A program made the position numbers and the translations under genes. A DNA stretch of 64,000 nt from Laetmonice hystrix (taxonomy: Eukaryota): assembly GCA_965235115.1 (NCBI GenBank), contig OZ249436.1, positions 29,328,001 to 29,392,000 of the forward strand, read 5' to 3'. Positions 12,121 to 24,994 of this stretch are shown one piece after another (the first letter of the stretch is position 1; each line of letters opens with the position of its first letter). The notes under the pieces were generated by a model. That model worked only from the letters and a program-made list of their open reading frames with translations. It was not told the DNA's origin and ran no database searches.

Positions 12121-12963
12121 CCTGGGAGGTGTTTCACTAATGTTGATTTTCGCCCATGTTGCCAACTTTTGCTAACACCGTCACAATTATCTGGCGGAAC
12201 AGTCAGTCAGAAGTGTTCACTAAGAATTCTCGCCGAATATTCTCGGGGAATCGTCAATTTTACTGGCGAGATTGTTTATATCTGCCATTTATGTCCACCA
12301 GTTTAGGCAAGCGACAATGGCACCTTTTTGTGACGGTGGTGTGATTTGGAAGAAATTTTATTCACCAAATTTGGCGATCTCCAGTCTTAAGGCCTCTGCA
12401 GACGACAAACATTTGTTCGCGAACAAAAATCTGCTCGGACACTTAATGTTCACGAACAATTGTTCATAGGTATTCGACATGCAGATCTTGAACAGAAATT
12501 CGTGGTTTACTGCAGACGACGAACATTTGTTTGGAAATATTAAACATGTTGATCACCGCACACGAGCAGATTTTTATACGCGAACAAAATGTTCGTGAAC
12601 AATTGTCCGTCGTCTGCGGCGGGCTTTAGTGAAATGAGCCCCTTGGTGCCGATGTTGGTTTCACTAACAGTTACACTGTTGCCAACGTCACAAATCTGTT
12701 TTGCCACCGTCGCTTGTCTGAACTGTCCTCACTGGCACAGAGCCTAGCTGTGGCTGATGCACACTGACGTCAAAATGCCGGACGTAAACAAACTGAAAAC
12801 TGCTGTATGCAAGTAGGATTTTAACCACATCTTGTGACGTTGAGATGGGCTCTAAGGTTTCGTCAGCAAAATCACCTATTTGGAGAGAATACCTAGTGAA
12901 ACACTTCCACTTGCCTGTATCGCCAGATTGGCGAAAATCTACGTTAGTGAAACGCCGGCCAGG
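12121..12963. mobile_element. Nested MITE-like elements
   Basis: Outer imperfect TIR cctgggaggtgtttcactaa / ttagtgaaacgccggccagg; inner element ~12388-12629 with taaggcctctgcagacgac / gtcgtctgcggcgggcttta. Confidence 0.55.
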
Positions 12964-13779
12964 CGATAGCTAGCTGTATTTTGGTCCTAGTCAAGGTTTG
13001 GTGGCCAGACGTAGAGGGGTGTTGCCTTGTGAATGAGATTTGAACATATGAAAAAGATATTACCACATTAAGAGTTGCTATAATTTTTAGCCACACATTA
13101 TTCAGATGAGGGTTACATTGTCATTTACAAAATTTTTAGATGTGACCTTGTCCTGAAAAATTTGGGGCTGTCAAAGGTCTATAGTCTGTGTCTTCTAACG
13201 ATTGAAAATACAGAAGGATTATAAAAGGGATAAAGTTGACAAAGGATGTAATAAAAATTGAAAAATCTTGGTCTACAATTTCTGGTAAAATTATGAATCC
13301 TTCCTGATGGTATGAATCTTACCTGATTGAATTGCCTCTTATGTTTTAGCTACATTGTACTGTCATATCAGTGGTTATACGATTGTAATTTCACAGAGAA
13401 AGGCATTGTATACAAATATTACTGATGGACTGATTGTATAAATTATTTTTCTTAATAAAAAGAAATAACAGTTTTATACATGTCTGATTTTTCTCCCTGG
13501 CATAAGTGTCCCTGGCATGATTGGACAAAGAAATTTGTGAAAGTATTGACCGTGGGATAATTGATAATTTGAGAGGAGAAAAGTGAAGATGTGAGTACTC
13601 GTTTTCTCTACACTTCATGAATAGAGGGTTGTGCGTACAGAGGTGGTACCTGCCCAGGGAGTTGGCTCAATATCTCCAATGGACCTCGCGGAAATAGTAA
13701 ATCTATGTTATTCTAGAGTGAAGATGGAGTAACGTTGGTATAGGGAGAATGATCAGCGTTGGTTTTGTCTGTTTCGCAG

Positions 13780-14034
13780 TCTGCCACACTGGAAGCCCCG
13801 ACGATGCTGCCACCATTCACTAGTGCCCCATTTCAACAAAGTCTTCATATGGCCAGGGGCACCATCCAACGTAGTAAACAGCAGGACTGTGGGCCGTACT
13901 CGTGTAACGTTAATGGCTGCGATAAGAAGTTCAGTCACCTACCTAGTCTCTGTCGCCACAGACGTATTAAACATGGATTTGTGAAAGGCAACCATAGAAT
14001 GCAGGAAATACTGTGGAATGATAAGTCAAATTGA
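13780..14034 (+). CDS. Alternative terminal exon, single C2H2 finger
   Basis: Acceptor ttttgtctgtttcgcag|TCT, phase 0; RSKQQDCGPYSCNVNGCDKKFSHLPSLCRHRRIKH. Confidence 0.85.
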   Translation, partial: SATLEAPTMLPPFTSAPFQQSLHMARGTIQRSKQQDCGPYSCNVNGCDKKFSHLPSLCRHRRIKHGFVKGNHRMQEILWNDKSN

Positions 14035-15166
14035 AAAGGAATTGGAGATTATGACAAACATTTGAAAAGGTAGAGGGGTAGAAAAAGGCTTTAAAGGGCA
14101 TGTATGCCCTGGCCTGCCGCCCCTACTCACCGTGCACAGGCCTCTGGCTGGGGTGGCGGCGGTGTTTAAGGTCGGTCCGGATTGACCGGCCGTAAATAGA
14201 CCAGTCAGAAGTTGACAAGCTGCCACTGATCCACTGGTTGGAAATGTATTCCATGAAAAGAATGATGGTACTTTGGGTCGGTGCCTTAAGCTGATCGAAG
14301 GCCGATGACATGTTCTGCGGGGAGGTAGAGGATGGTTTGGACATCCCGGAAACACAGGTGGCAGGGTAGGCGTGCATATACCGAGGGGCAGACTTGGCGG
14401 GCATTCCCCAACGTTAGCTGTGGAGGCACCGAAGCAAGACCGGCATTGTAAGCTGCTCAAAAGCCAAGAACTTTCCGTAAATTCACTCAGTGATTAAAAG
14501 TGGCCCCAATGTACACTCCGCGTTTCGATCTATCCTGATTCCGAGCAAACTTCTTACGTTTCTTCACTGATTCAGTTGTACTAGCTAGCACACGGCATGT
14601 TGTTGGGAAAGCCCTCCCCGTCCATGTGCAGCCTCACTTTTGTCTTGCGCAATGCACCCTGGGTGAGAGTGCTTGGCTCGAGGCAAAACTGTGTATGACG
14701 GCACGTTTCTGCGAGTGGATGATTGTAAACACCCTACTGAAAAAACGTGTGCCGTGTTTTTCAGAGGTGATCAAGGGGTGCAGGTTTGCTCATCAAATTT
14801 CGCAAGAATGGCGACTTTTGGGGTAAATTTTGTAAGAATACATGTTTCTCTTCAGTTAGGATAAGACAGAACCAGTGTGAACTGGAGAAAATTCGGGAAT
14901 AGCCCATACCTTTAACAAATAGCATTGCACTAGGCAAATTAACCATAATATATAATTCTGGTTTGATAACTAAAGTGGTATTTGGGTGTAGGTGTATTTG
15001 CTTTCAGGTGGCACTTATTAGAGACCTAATAGCAGTATGTGCATCCTCCTTGAGTAAATACGAGTACAGTAAGAAGGTGGTGAACTGAAGCTTACTGAAA
15101 ACAACAGTATATACTTTATATCAGACGCTTATGGTTTAACAATGCTGCCCTGATTTTTTGCACCAG

Positions 15167-15754
15167 TACCGTGTAGTTGGCTATGCAATGACAACTGGAA
15201 TCCAATACGATATCCGCACCAGCCACATGCTTCCGCCCAGACTGTCTAATCGGAGCTACATGTCGCCAAGTCGCTCGGACGCCAGCACAGATGAGGAAGC
15301 AGGGAAGAAGTGTCGAAGGTCCTGGCTTCGCAGAGACAAGCCCCACATCTGCAAGCATGCAGGATGCAAGAAGAGTTATTTTTACCTGCATGACCTGAGA
15401 CGACATGAACGCCAAGTTGGACACCATGGGTCACAATCCGTAAGCTTACAGAATGACAGGGAGCGGGGCGAAGGCCAAGACCTCTCCCTAACGGGCCCAG
15501 AGAGGGAGCCCTATGAGGTCCAGGACCTGTCCTGCAGGCCTCAGAAATTTGAACGTGAAGTATTATATTTATTTTTAAGCATTGGAATGTTCTGGAGGCA
15601 GACTGATCGGAGAAGGAAGAGAGACAGTAAAGCCAAGGTGTTGAATGGGATGGCAGGCGACAAGGTAGTTGATCCGGCGGAAACATTGGATGGGGGAGAA
15701 TGCTTGGAACCTCGTGACAGTCATCAGAATGCAGGAGTTGAATGCATGGCATGA
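15167..15754 (+). CDS. Alternative terminal exon, single C2H2-type finger with long tail
   Basis: Acceptor ctgattttttgcaccag|TAC, phase 0; RRSWLRRDKPHICKHAGCKKSYFYLHDLRRHERQVGHH. Confidence 0.75.
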   Translation, partial: YRVVGYAMTTGIQYDIRTSHMLPPRLSNRSYMSPSRSDASTDEEAGKKCRRSWLRRDKPHICKHAGCKKSYFYLHDLRRHERQVGHHGSQSVSLQNDRERGEGQDLSLTGPEREPYEVQDLSCRPQKFEREVLYLFLSIGMFWRQTDRRRKRDSKAKVLNGMAGDKVVDPAETLDGGECLEPRDSHQNAGVECMA

Positions 15755-16347
15755 AGTGGTATTCCCCATTCGGTTACCAAGTTTTGGTAAAAGCTGTCTT
15801 TATTATTGGTACATTGCAAGATCCTGCACTGCATGAACACTGTGGGTTGCATTATGGGACCTCTCTTCGCGTCTTTGACAAACTGAATTGAAATGGAAAA
15901 TTGCTGTCTTAACAGGATACTAGTTGGCATCAAGTAAGTAGATTGTTGATAGGGTGGATGCATGGGTCAACGTGTGTCTTTTATGACAACGGGCAGCAGT
16001 GAGCCACCGAAATTTGTAGGCATGGGGAACATCTGTGAAGGTTGTCCAAGAACAGCAATTTGGTAATACAGTTGGTGCATTTATTCACAACAGAAGTTGA
16101 GGCACATGGTCTTCTGCAGACATCATACTGCTGTAGCATACAAATCGAAAAGATGGAGTTCCTCTCTCTTTCAATACAGAGCTTTTCTGAAGAAATAATA
16201 ACTACACCTATGATATGTAATAATTGATTTTATAAATAAAATAAGTGAGCGTGGGTATGTTGCCTGTATTCGGTATTGACGATGAATGTGCAGTCTTTGT
16301 ACGAGTGAGGTATGATTGATTGTTGTATGTACGTTTCTTCCATACAG

Positions 16348-16533
16348 CAGCATCGTCTGGTTCTCCGACATAGCGATCACAGTGCAAGCAGAAGGTCTCG
16401 ATGGTCCTCAGATAAACAGTTTGTGTGTCCAGTGGCTGGCTGTACGAAGACATTTTACCAAAAACACAACCTCTATCGTCATCAACGGGAGAAACATCAA
16501 CTCATTATAGGAGTGCCAACTGAAAAACATTGA
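16348..16533 (+). CDS. Alternative terminal exon, single C2H2 finger
   Basis: Acceptor gtttcttccatacag|CAG (NAGNAG), phase 0; RRSRWSSDKQFVCPVAGCTKTFYQKHNLYRHQREKH. Confidence 0.85.
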   Translation, partial: QHRLVLRHSDHSASRRSRWSSDKQFVCPVAGCTKTFYQKHNLYRHQREKHQLIIGVPTEKH

Positions 16534-17023
16534 TCAGCTGTCAAATGCCCAGTGGTTGTTGCTCGTGAAAAAGCCGACCAGTCGAAACTATAGCGATTGT
16601 TTTGTACTCGCACTAGCTGGAGGGACTAATGCTGCTTTGAATACAATATAGGTAGTACAGAGAAAGTCTGTCACAAGAAAGATCACTGGATTACGAAGCG
16701 GTGTGGCTGAATGTTCATTTATGGGAACGTTTGATTGGCGTGAACATTCGAAACAGTACATGAACTTTATAGTTATAAATGTATACAAAAGTGTTATCAG
16801 GGTGCAAGGGGAGGATGCATTGTTCAGTCATAGATGCTGGAATGAAGAGATGGCTTTGATCTTTGACAAGTGAACACTATAAAAAGATGACTGAGGCAGT
16901 AGCTTGACATGTTGGAGCGTGAAGCTGTGAAGGCGTATGTTGTCGGTATCCAGCTGTTGATTGTGTCATGTGAACCGTAGCCAGTAGACCCCGATGACCA
17001 ACCTGCTGCCTTTGTATTTGTAG

Positions 17024-17278
17024 CGGCACCTGGTGGCACTCCCGTACAATACTCCAGCGGGCCAGGCCAGCGGCCATCAGCTCACCCTCCCACGTCGGTC
17101 TCCCATGTCACTCAACAAGCCCTTCCGCTGCTCCTTCGCTGACTGCGATTGCACCTTTTACCAAAAGAGAAATTTGAGACGCCATGAAACACTGAAGCAT
17201 GGGCGGCAAGCCGTTCCAAGGACAGCAAATCAGTTATTTGAAGAGGAAGAACTGGCCACTGCAACGAATTGCACATGA
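17024..17278 (+). CDS. Alternative terminal exon, single C2H2 finger
   Basis: Acceptor cctttgtatttgtag|CGG, phase 0; RRSPMSLNKPFRCSFADCDCTFYQKRNLRRHETLKH. Confidence 0.85.
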   Translation, partial: RHLVALPYNTPAGQASGHQLTLPRRSPMSLNKPFRCSFADCDCTFYQKRNLRRHETLKHGRQAVPRTANQLFEEEELATATNCT

Positions 17279-17981
17279 GAACACTGTTGTTGTGTGATAC
17301 AACCAACCCCTGCCATTTCCGGGAGGACTGTTACAAGAAAACCGTAGATGTACTTTCAAGAGACAAAAAAAAATCCATGTTCAGGGAGTTATCTAAAACA
17401 AAATGTAAGGTCAGAGTTATGCATTCAGAACCGGACCTATTTATTAGTGATTTTTTGATTGATGGAAAGGTACTTAGGTACCTGTCAGGTGTTCTCGGGT
17501 GAGGTAGAAATCGCATATAAATTGTGATGTAGCCTGGACTAAGATTTACGTGCCACACATGAGAGCATTATAGTTAGTGTATGGTTTACAAATGGCAGCA
17601 TGGTAGTATCATTACATATATTTTATAGCAAGACATTATCATATGTTTAATCTAATATTCAGGTCGGTGCGTTTGGGTTTGATAATTTATGAATGAAAGT
17701 CTACATGAACTGGATAGTAGCAGTGTGGAGGGGGGTTGTTAAATTCCTGTCTCCGAGGATTAATCAAAGCAGTCCTCATTATTTTACACACATCTAAACG
17801 TTTGGAATTGTCATTTCAAACGAAAAAAATAAAAATTTTACTATACCCAAGAAGTTTCTGTTGGTGTAAGTCGCCTTTTTTATGCCAGTCACAAGATGAA
17901 ATATTCCGCCACAGTAAATCTGTGATGAGGAGAAATAGTTAAGCCGTAAACTTAGTAGATCTTTCCTTTCTATTTCTGTAG

Positions 17982-18260
17982 CACCACAATTACGAATGGA
18001 GACAGCCCCTTGCTCGTCATCGTGGAAGAAGAGCTCAAGCCTTGACTAGCAACGAGCGGTATCAGTGCAAATTCCAAGGATGTACTAAGACTTTTTCCTT
18101 TGAGACGAGCACTCGCCGTCATGAAAGAAGGGATCATAATTTCTACCGTACTGGAGGCCTTGGACCATTGTTTGCAAAGCCATCTGATGATCAGTCGGAA
18201 TATACTGAAAGCGATTCCTACGAAAGTACATTAGAAAGTAGCACCTTAACAAACCCTTAA
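17982..18260 (+). CDS. Alternative terminal exon, single C2H2 finger
   Basis: Acceptor ctttcctttctatttctgtag|CAC, phase 0; RRAQALTSNERYQCKFQGCTKTFSFETSTRRHERRDH. Confidence 0.85.
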   Translation, partial: HHNYEWRQPLARHRGRRAQALTSNERYQCKFQGCTKTFSFETSTRRHERRDHNFYRTGGLGPLFAKPSDDQSEYTESDSYESTLESSTLTNP

Positions 18261-19064
18261 CATACGGATGACCAAAGAGATTGCTGTATTAACAGTTTGG
18301 TAATTTTTTCACCAGCAATTGACAGATCTGTCAGAATTAACGTGATGGTCCAGAGAAGCAAAAGTCTACATGGTAGCAGCGGTTCTTATGCGTTTTGTTC
18401 TTATGCGTTTTTTAGTGGATCTAATTGTTCTTAGTGGTGGAAAAATCTTTCTAGGATGTGGCATACCAATTATAAATACCCGGTAGGCATTGCAAGGAAA
18501 TTATGTAGGAAACATAATGGCCACTTTGGAAAAAGTAAATACGTCTAATTCTCATTAAAAAGGAAAACTTTTTTATGATTTTAACTGCAAATTGTATTTG
18601 TTGATTGATAAGGAAAAAAAGAAAAACTCATGGTTTTCAAAAGTTTTATAAGATTATGACAAATTTACAACTTAGTGTTGTATAAGTTTTTTGCAAAGTT
18701 ACAACTTAGTGTACAAAAAAGCACTTGATCAATAAATCGTAGTCTTGCTGGAACAGAGTGTTACTTATATTATATGCTGGCATCTTTAAAAGTAATTGAG
18801 CTCTGATCAGAATAAGTAAACCTTTTACCTCTCGAACACAGGTGTGTATTAGAGAAGATTTGACATACGAATATTGCAGCAAAATACAACCTGTGATGAT
18901 GTCGCCCAAGTGTGACTTTCAGACACAAACAACGTGATATGGATTAGTATTTTTATAATCTCCACCGGTGCTCCAGGTAGGTCAATGTGTCCCTCGTCCT
19001 GTATTGTTCTCCGGAATCAGCTGCTCTTACAGCACCACTACAGTCTAGCCCTTTCCATTTCCAG

Positions 19065-19730
19065 ACCATGCACTCGCCGAGCCATCTCAACAAGTATCCT
19101 AGCAACAACCTTTCGTCGCGCGCAATAAGAGACGGGATAAGGACTCATCTGGCAGTGCCTGTTGACCTGGAGCTGTATGAGGTCCATTCCTTCAGGCTTG
19201 TCTGGCGCTTTGATGAACCTTTGCTTTGTAGCGCCTGGATGCAGCTGGTGCAGAACCAGCTGGTGTCCGACCAGGTAGTAGCTCAGGCAGAAGGCGTCGC
19301 CTATTTCATATCGGCGCTCACGGGAGTCTTCAACAAGCCTAACCGTAAAGGCGAAGTCCCCAAAAACATATACCCAGCCGTGAGTTACTGGGTGGTGGCC
19401 AAGCGAGGGAAGTACAACCATCTGCTTGTATGGCAGTGCCTTCAGGCTGTCTACCCATCGGTCAACATTAAGACTATTGTCAGCCCGGATTTGAACACAC
19501 ACGACTCCATCGCTGCAGCCCTATGTATTGTCCTCAAGGACCATAGTTCTGGCTTCATGAAGACGAGAGTCGATGCAAGTTCTGCTATATGTTTGGCAGG
19601 GGAGAAGGGAGAACACCCAATAGTACGACTGATGTTGAAAGACAGGGATGAATTTGAGACTCAGTTATCATACGCAGTGGGTCAGTTAGAAGCAATCAAG
19701 TTGCACATCACCATGACTCTAGCAACCTGA
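19065..19730 (+). CDS. Alternative terminal exon, uncharacterised ~220 aa domain (copy 1 of 7)
   Basis: Acceptor ccctttccatttccag|ACC, phase 0; motifs KYP, FRLVWR, YFISALTG, YPAVSYWV, IVLKDH, HPIVRL shared with six paralogs. Confidence 0.85.
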   Translation, partial: TMHSPSHLNKYPSNNLSSRAIRDGIRTHLAVPVDLELYEVHSFRLVWRFDEPLLCSAWMQLVQNQLVSDQVVAQAEGVAYFISALTGVFNKPNRKGEVPKNIYPAVSYWVVAKRGKYNHLLVWQCLQAVYPSVNIKTIVSPDLNTHDSIAAALCIVLKDHSSGFMKTRVDASSAICLAGEKGEHPIVRLMLKDRDEFETQLSYAVGQLEAIKLHITMTLAT

Positions 19731-21993
19731 TGGTTAAAACGACCACAAACAGAAATGAACAGAGTATGAAAGGATAAGGGTTTCTGGAATACCAACAGCT
19801 CGTAACCTTTATGCCTTGACCGTGATATCTAGCATATGTCACATGGATGTAGAGATTATGCGAATCTCGAATTTTAATGTTTGTGTTGAAGCGGCAAAAG
19901 AAGAATCTCAAGAGATATTGGAGCAAATGTTTTACATGCACTTAGTTTTTATAAGGAGTGCACCTGTTGTCAACATACTCTCCAAGTCTCTTAACTGTTC
20001 AAGATAGCAGTGAGCGATCTTTCTGCCAAGTGATAATGTTGCCTAGTGAATATCGCGTTGACCGTAAAATATTGACAGTACGTTGATGTATTTATACCGG
20101 CTATTCTACATTTCAGTCGAGTTCATTTGAGTGAAGCACATGGGGTCCATAGCAATTGGATCAGTTTCCAAGTTGTGAAAAAAACCCTGTGCCTTTCCCA
20201 AGTGATATATGTGATGCGACGGAATACAAAATTATATAATCCTGTTATGTGAGTTGAACAGATTTTACGTTGAAGAGATTTCGATGCGAAAAAATTAACA
20301 AATGATTGATCTTAGCATAGTGAAATAAATACTGTGCAAGAAAGGCTCTTGGGCTATGGCTTACAATGAGCAGTAATTGAAACATTAGGTCAATATAAGC
20401 ATTATAGGATGGGTGCCGTGAAATTTGAAGTAATTTTTGTAAGGAGTGCACCTGTCGTATATTTGGATATCTTTGATGGGAGGATTGCCATTCAGTTGAC
20501 TCTTTTTAGCAATTGTACTGTAAGTTAGGTTTAGTAAACAAACGGCAATGGCTACATTTTGAGGATTTTTTTCTCCAAAACTTGGCCCAGTAGGCTAGAA
20601 GTTGTAATGTAAAAGGTAAAGAAACATTTATATTTTGTTGATGCTATAGTAGCTCTGTGATACGCCATCAGTTAATGAGCTGTAGAGAAATGCCCAGATA
20701 TTAGAAGAGGAAAGCTTAAACTTTGCTTTTGATTAGTTCTATCAAAGCCGTTCTTTGGTTCTATCATGTATTATAGTGAGTGCTCCCATTCTCTTAGCGT
20801 AATGAATGGTGTGGGTTGAAGATGTGTGATCTGAAAAAAAAATTTGTTCTCTTGCCGTCGATGATGACATTTAAGGCGGTGTATGGCAGGCTGTGTCACA
20901 TAGTAAAGACTTGGAACAGTTAGTTACGCTTTGCTAATGTAAAACTCGTTTTCGTTAAAGTGCCTCTGTAGTAAAGAAAGGGTTTTAAGACGAAAACGGA
21001 TAGCCGAGATTCAAACATTCTTCCCTGTATGTAGGTCAGCAAGAAGATTGTGTGTAAGGGACGGTCACAAGATATTGTATACTTAGACTGTTCATATTTG
21101 AACCTCTACTATACATTTATACAGTACATAAGGATATTTATTTGAATTCTGGATGTCTCTCGGAATGTCAGTTTACGCGTGACAAAAGTTTTGCTGGATT
21201 AATGTACGTGTAGACCGTTTTCATTGCAGAATGTTTTACCCTGTTTTTGCGGGGTTCGAACAAACGTTGAATTGGCTTTCATGCTATATCCCTTTTACAT
21301 TGAATAGTTATTACCGGCAAGAGTATTTTGATGGAAGTGACATTGTAAGCAGTTTATGCTTCCAGGGTAGATTGTGGGCCAGTTCTGGTACTTAGAAAAC
21401 AACAATTTAGATAAACCGATGTAACTTATACTCACGCAGTATATGATATGGATGTCATATAATAAACATTAGTTTCCATACGATGTCCCGTTGTTACTTT
21501 CCATGCGATAGGAATGATTCTCTATTAGTTCCAAGAACTTCTCCATGAATCTTTAGTCTCTACATCTTAAGTGGTTATTATGTATCCAGTTGGCAGAGAT
21601 CATGTAGTCAGATCAAACGCCAGACTGAATTTCAGCTTCAAGAGTGGACCTTTCAGAATAGATCAATGACTATCTGCAAGAAGGTTGCGTTGTCTCTTTC
21701 TCTCTCTCGCAGTATTTCTGTCTACAAATGTACTAGCATTCGCTAAAGCACTCCCCTACTTACACGTAGTCACGTCACAGCATTACGTGAGAGTACGGGA
21801 GGCGAGGGGCAATACGGGAGGGTTTTTAACTTGATCAAAGTTTTCCGCATACGTGAGGCATTACATGAGAGTACATCTAACCCTCATGTAATGACTACGG
21901 GGCATTACGGTAACGACTACGTATAAGTGGAAGAGCAGAATAAATGGTGTCGTGGGCATTTGAGAGAACTGATCTTACGGTTCATTGTTTCAG

Positions 21994-22641
21994 ATGGCAC
22001 CGTCATCTGAGGCTAAATATCCATGTGATGGGCTCTATTCGTGTACGGTGCGCGACTTGCTTAGGGTTCATGTGGTCCAACCTGTAGCAAAGGAACGGCT
22101 GCAAGTGGTGGCGTTTCGCCTACTGTGGAAGAGTAGGGAGAACCAAGTCAAAGAAATATGGCACCAAATGCCAACCTTCAGGAGCATAGCGGTGGAACGG
22201 CTGAAAAGCATTCCGGGGGTTTCGTTCTTTGTCTCTTCCATCACAGCCACCGTCTCCAAGTCGAAGGTCCGAGGAAATGCTGCCACCGCCGCCATCACAT
22301 TCCCAGTGAAACCCGGTGTCGCCTTTTGGGTGGGACTGAAGTCACAGGAAAGAGTTGAGTGGGCACACACGATTATGTCAAGCCTCGGGAATTCGGGACT
22401 TGGGGCGTCCTTAAAATTTTTGACTCTGAAGGATCCAGCAGGGGAGTCGGCACTGTATCTTGTCGTCAAGGACTATTTGGATGGTTATGTGAGGAAGAAA
22501 CTGGATCTCCATTCCATGCCCTGTGATATAGTCAAGTTCTATGTCCGAGACACAGAGAGCTTTCTATCTTCCATCATGGAAAGTGCATTATTTCATTTGA
22601 AAGTCGAAGGAAGGTTCACGGCAGCATTAGAAACATTTTGA
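21994..22641 (+). CDS. Alternative terminal exon, uncharacterised domain (copy 2)
   Basis: Acceptor ttcattgtttcag|ATG, phase 0; KYP, FRLLWK, FFVSSITAT, PGVAFWV, LYLVVKDY, DIVKF. Confidence 0.85.
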   Translation: MAPSSEAKYPCDGLYSCTVRDLLRVHVVQPVAKERLQVVAFRLLWKSRENQVKEIWHQMPTFRSIAVERLKSIPGVSFFVSSITATVSKSKVRGNAATAAITFPVKPGVAFWVGLKSQERVEWAHTIMSSLGNSGLGASLKFLTLKDPAGESALYLVVKDYLDGYVRKKLDLHSMPCDIVKFYVRDTESFLSSIMESALFHLKVEGRFTAALETF

Positions 22642-23272
22642 TGGAATCCAGAAAACATTGTAGGCGTGATAGCCATCACGAAGGACTTTTTATAACCGGA
22701 TGAATTATTGTTCCCTTCCTGTTGAGCATGTGTACAAGATGACACGAGGAATCATTCACATAGGGAAAAAGGGGAGGTCATCAATAAGTTTTGGTTGAAT
22801 TGTTTTATTAAATTGGCAGAAATAATGCACGGCAGATCTATTGGTTTCAGAGGTCAGAGGTTATAATTTTATTAGAAAGACAAACAAAAGTTAGAGCCCA
22901 GTTTTGTAAGGCAAAGGAACAAAGGACACTATTTCTTTTGACAGTGACACTCAGTTAAGCAGTGACGCTAGAGTAGTTGACCAGGTCCCAGAACATTTTC
23001 TTCCTGGAAATTAAATAAGATAATTTAATCCTATAAAACATGATTGGTGTTTTTCATTTGTCAATAATTAACCGATCGTAGACATAACAAGGGGGAACCC
23101 ACACATGTATGAAGACCTGATAGTTATAATACAGGAGTTGTACACATAAATACCTTGCTCCGACAGAGTGCTATTAAGTTGAAGAGACTGTCAAGCGTGT
23201 CGAACTGTACCATGTACCAACTAATGCCCAGGCCACCACAAGTACACAGGATATCCGTGTTGCATCTTCCAG

Positions 23273-23566
23273 GGCGTGGTTAGCCAGGAGAGTGACCCCT
23301 TGCCCAGAGAGCCGGATGATGGCTGGAGGCGGCGGGCAGCGGGTGTGGCGGACAGCAGGAGCCCATCTAAACTAATCGTCCACCAGTGTGAATACTGCGG
23401 CAAGGAGTTTCCCCGCCGCTCAGCCCTGCAGCGGCACGAGCGAGTCCACACTGGCGAGAGACCGTTCAAGTGTGACAAGTGTGGGGCTGCGTTCACACAG
23501 CGAGGACATCTGAGGGCTCACGTCAGTTCAACAAAATGTTTAAACTTTAGTAGCCCCGACTCGTAG
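23273..23566 (+). CDS. Alternative terminal exon, two fingers (C2H2 + C2HC)
   Basis: Acceptor gttgcatcttccag|GGC, phase 0; [10 protein letters not shown]...[35 protein letters not shown]. Confidence 0.85.
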   Translation, partial: GVVSQESDPLPREPDDGWRRRAAGVADSRSPSKLIVHQCEYCGKEFPRRSALQRHERVHTGERPFKCDKCGAAFTQRGHLRAHVSSTKCLNFSSPDS

Positions 23567-24655
23567 GAAACGTACTATGGCGCTCATATGAGGATTTCCC
23601 TTTTAGAGAAGGAACTCCCGGTAGTAGTTAGAATGTATGAAGGCGGGTTGAGCTGAGGACAACATGACCCGGCCACATCATTGATTCGCTGTGAATGGAC
23701 ATGAAATAATGTATTACCGATTCCTACAGATATTAACAGATTTTAGTGTTGTGAGATGTGCAAGACGTGTAGTGGCAGCAAAGATGCCATAAAGTCGTCA
23801 AATTAAAGTGAAGGACACACTGAATTTACTGTGGGATACATCGTGGGTTAAGCTAACAAAAGGATAATTATTATGTATTCATAATAGTATAAATTTTGGT
23901 TTGACAACACCGAAAACGGTAGCCGTTGGGGCTTGAGGACTTTAAAGTTATTTAAATGTACATAATATTACTTTATTAATGGCCGTTTCTCCCTGAGTTT
24001 TTCCTGAAGGTAGACCCTATCCTGAGACTTACAAGTAACAACCCCTGACAGGTTTTTAATTTATACATGTATCTTCGTACGCATAACATGTACCCCTCAT
24101 ACCTTCCCCCGACTTCCCTTTCTATTTCAGCCTGTTCAGTTATTCTGCCAGAGAAAAGGTGTCCCTAACCGTTTTTTAAAAATAAGTCTGTGAAGTGTCC
24201 CAGTTAATTAAGTAGTCAATGATAATAGTCTGCCCTAGTTCTCTTGAGGTTTCGTCCATCCGGAGCCGATGTGATGAATCGGAAAGTTACACCGTATGCT
24301 GTATACAGGAACGGATCTAGATTTGTTACAACAGAAGAGGGGGGGGGGGGGTTGTGGGGTGCCGGGGGGGGGGGTTGTGGGGTGCCGGGGGGGGGGGGTT
24401 GTGTATGATTTTTGTGAACCTTTCAAGCAGAAAAAAAGAAAAAATACTTCGTAACGTGAAGTTACAACAGGTTTACTGTACGTGTTGGCCAATCTCGTAG
24501 GGATTGACCATGCTGCATGTTCACACCGTACCTGAAATATTTTTGGGGAAAAAAACCCCTCTATTGAGAGACCCAAAAAAGTCTTTCCAAGGCACATAGA
24601 GATATAAGCAGCCATGAAATAACTGCCACCTGGATGTCCATGTTGCATCTTACAG

Positions 24656-24994
24656 GCCAGTTACCAGGAAGGGAGTGCCAGGTCAGCGAGCTCTAAGGGG
24701 ATCGACCCGCTAGGTAGTGTTGGATGGAGCAGGGCAGCTGGCGTCCAGACCGCCGACGACAGACCAGTGTCAGGGAGTAGGACTATAAGGTCGAGACCAA
24801 GGCCCCACGTGTGTACTTACTGTGGAAAAGGTTTCTGTCGACCAGCAGAGCTGGCTCGCCATGTTCGCACCCACACGGGAGAAAAACCGTTTAAGTGTGG
24901 GATGTGTGGAGCAGCTTTCACACAGATGGGCGCGCTCACTTCTCATATGAAGAGAACTCGATGTGTCCGGGAGCCAGGTGACGATTTGGTATAG
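24656..24994 (+). CDS. Alternative terminal exon, two fingers (C2H2 + C2HC)
   Basis: Acceptor gttgcatcttacag|GCC, phase 0; [53 protein letters not shown]. Confidence 0.85.
   Translation, partial: ASYQEGSARSASSKGIDPLGSVGWSRAAGVQTADDRPVSGSRTIRSRPRPHVCTYCGKGFCRPAELARHVRTHTGEKPFKCGMCGAAFTQMGALTSHMKRTRCVREPGDDLV

Noticed and set aside
14026..14946. ORFs between cassettes at 14-15 kb
   Set aside because: No finger or novel-domain motif and no convincing acceptor; probably an inserted repeat whose ends I could not define
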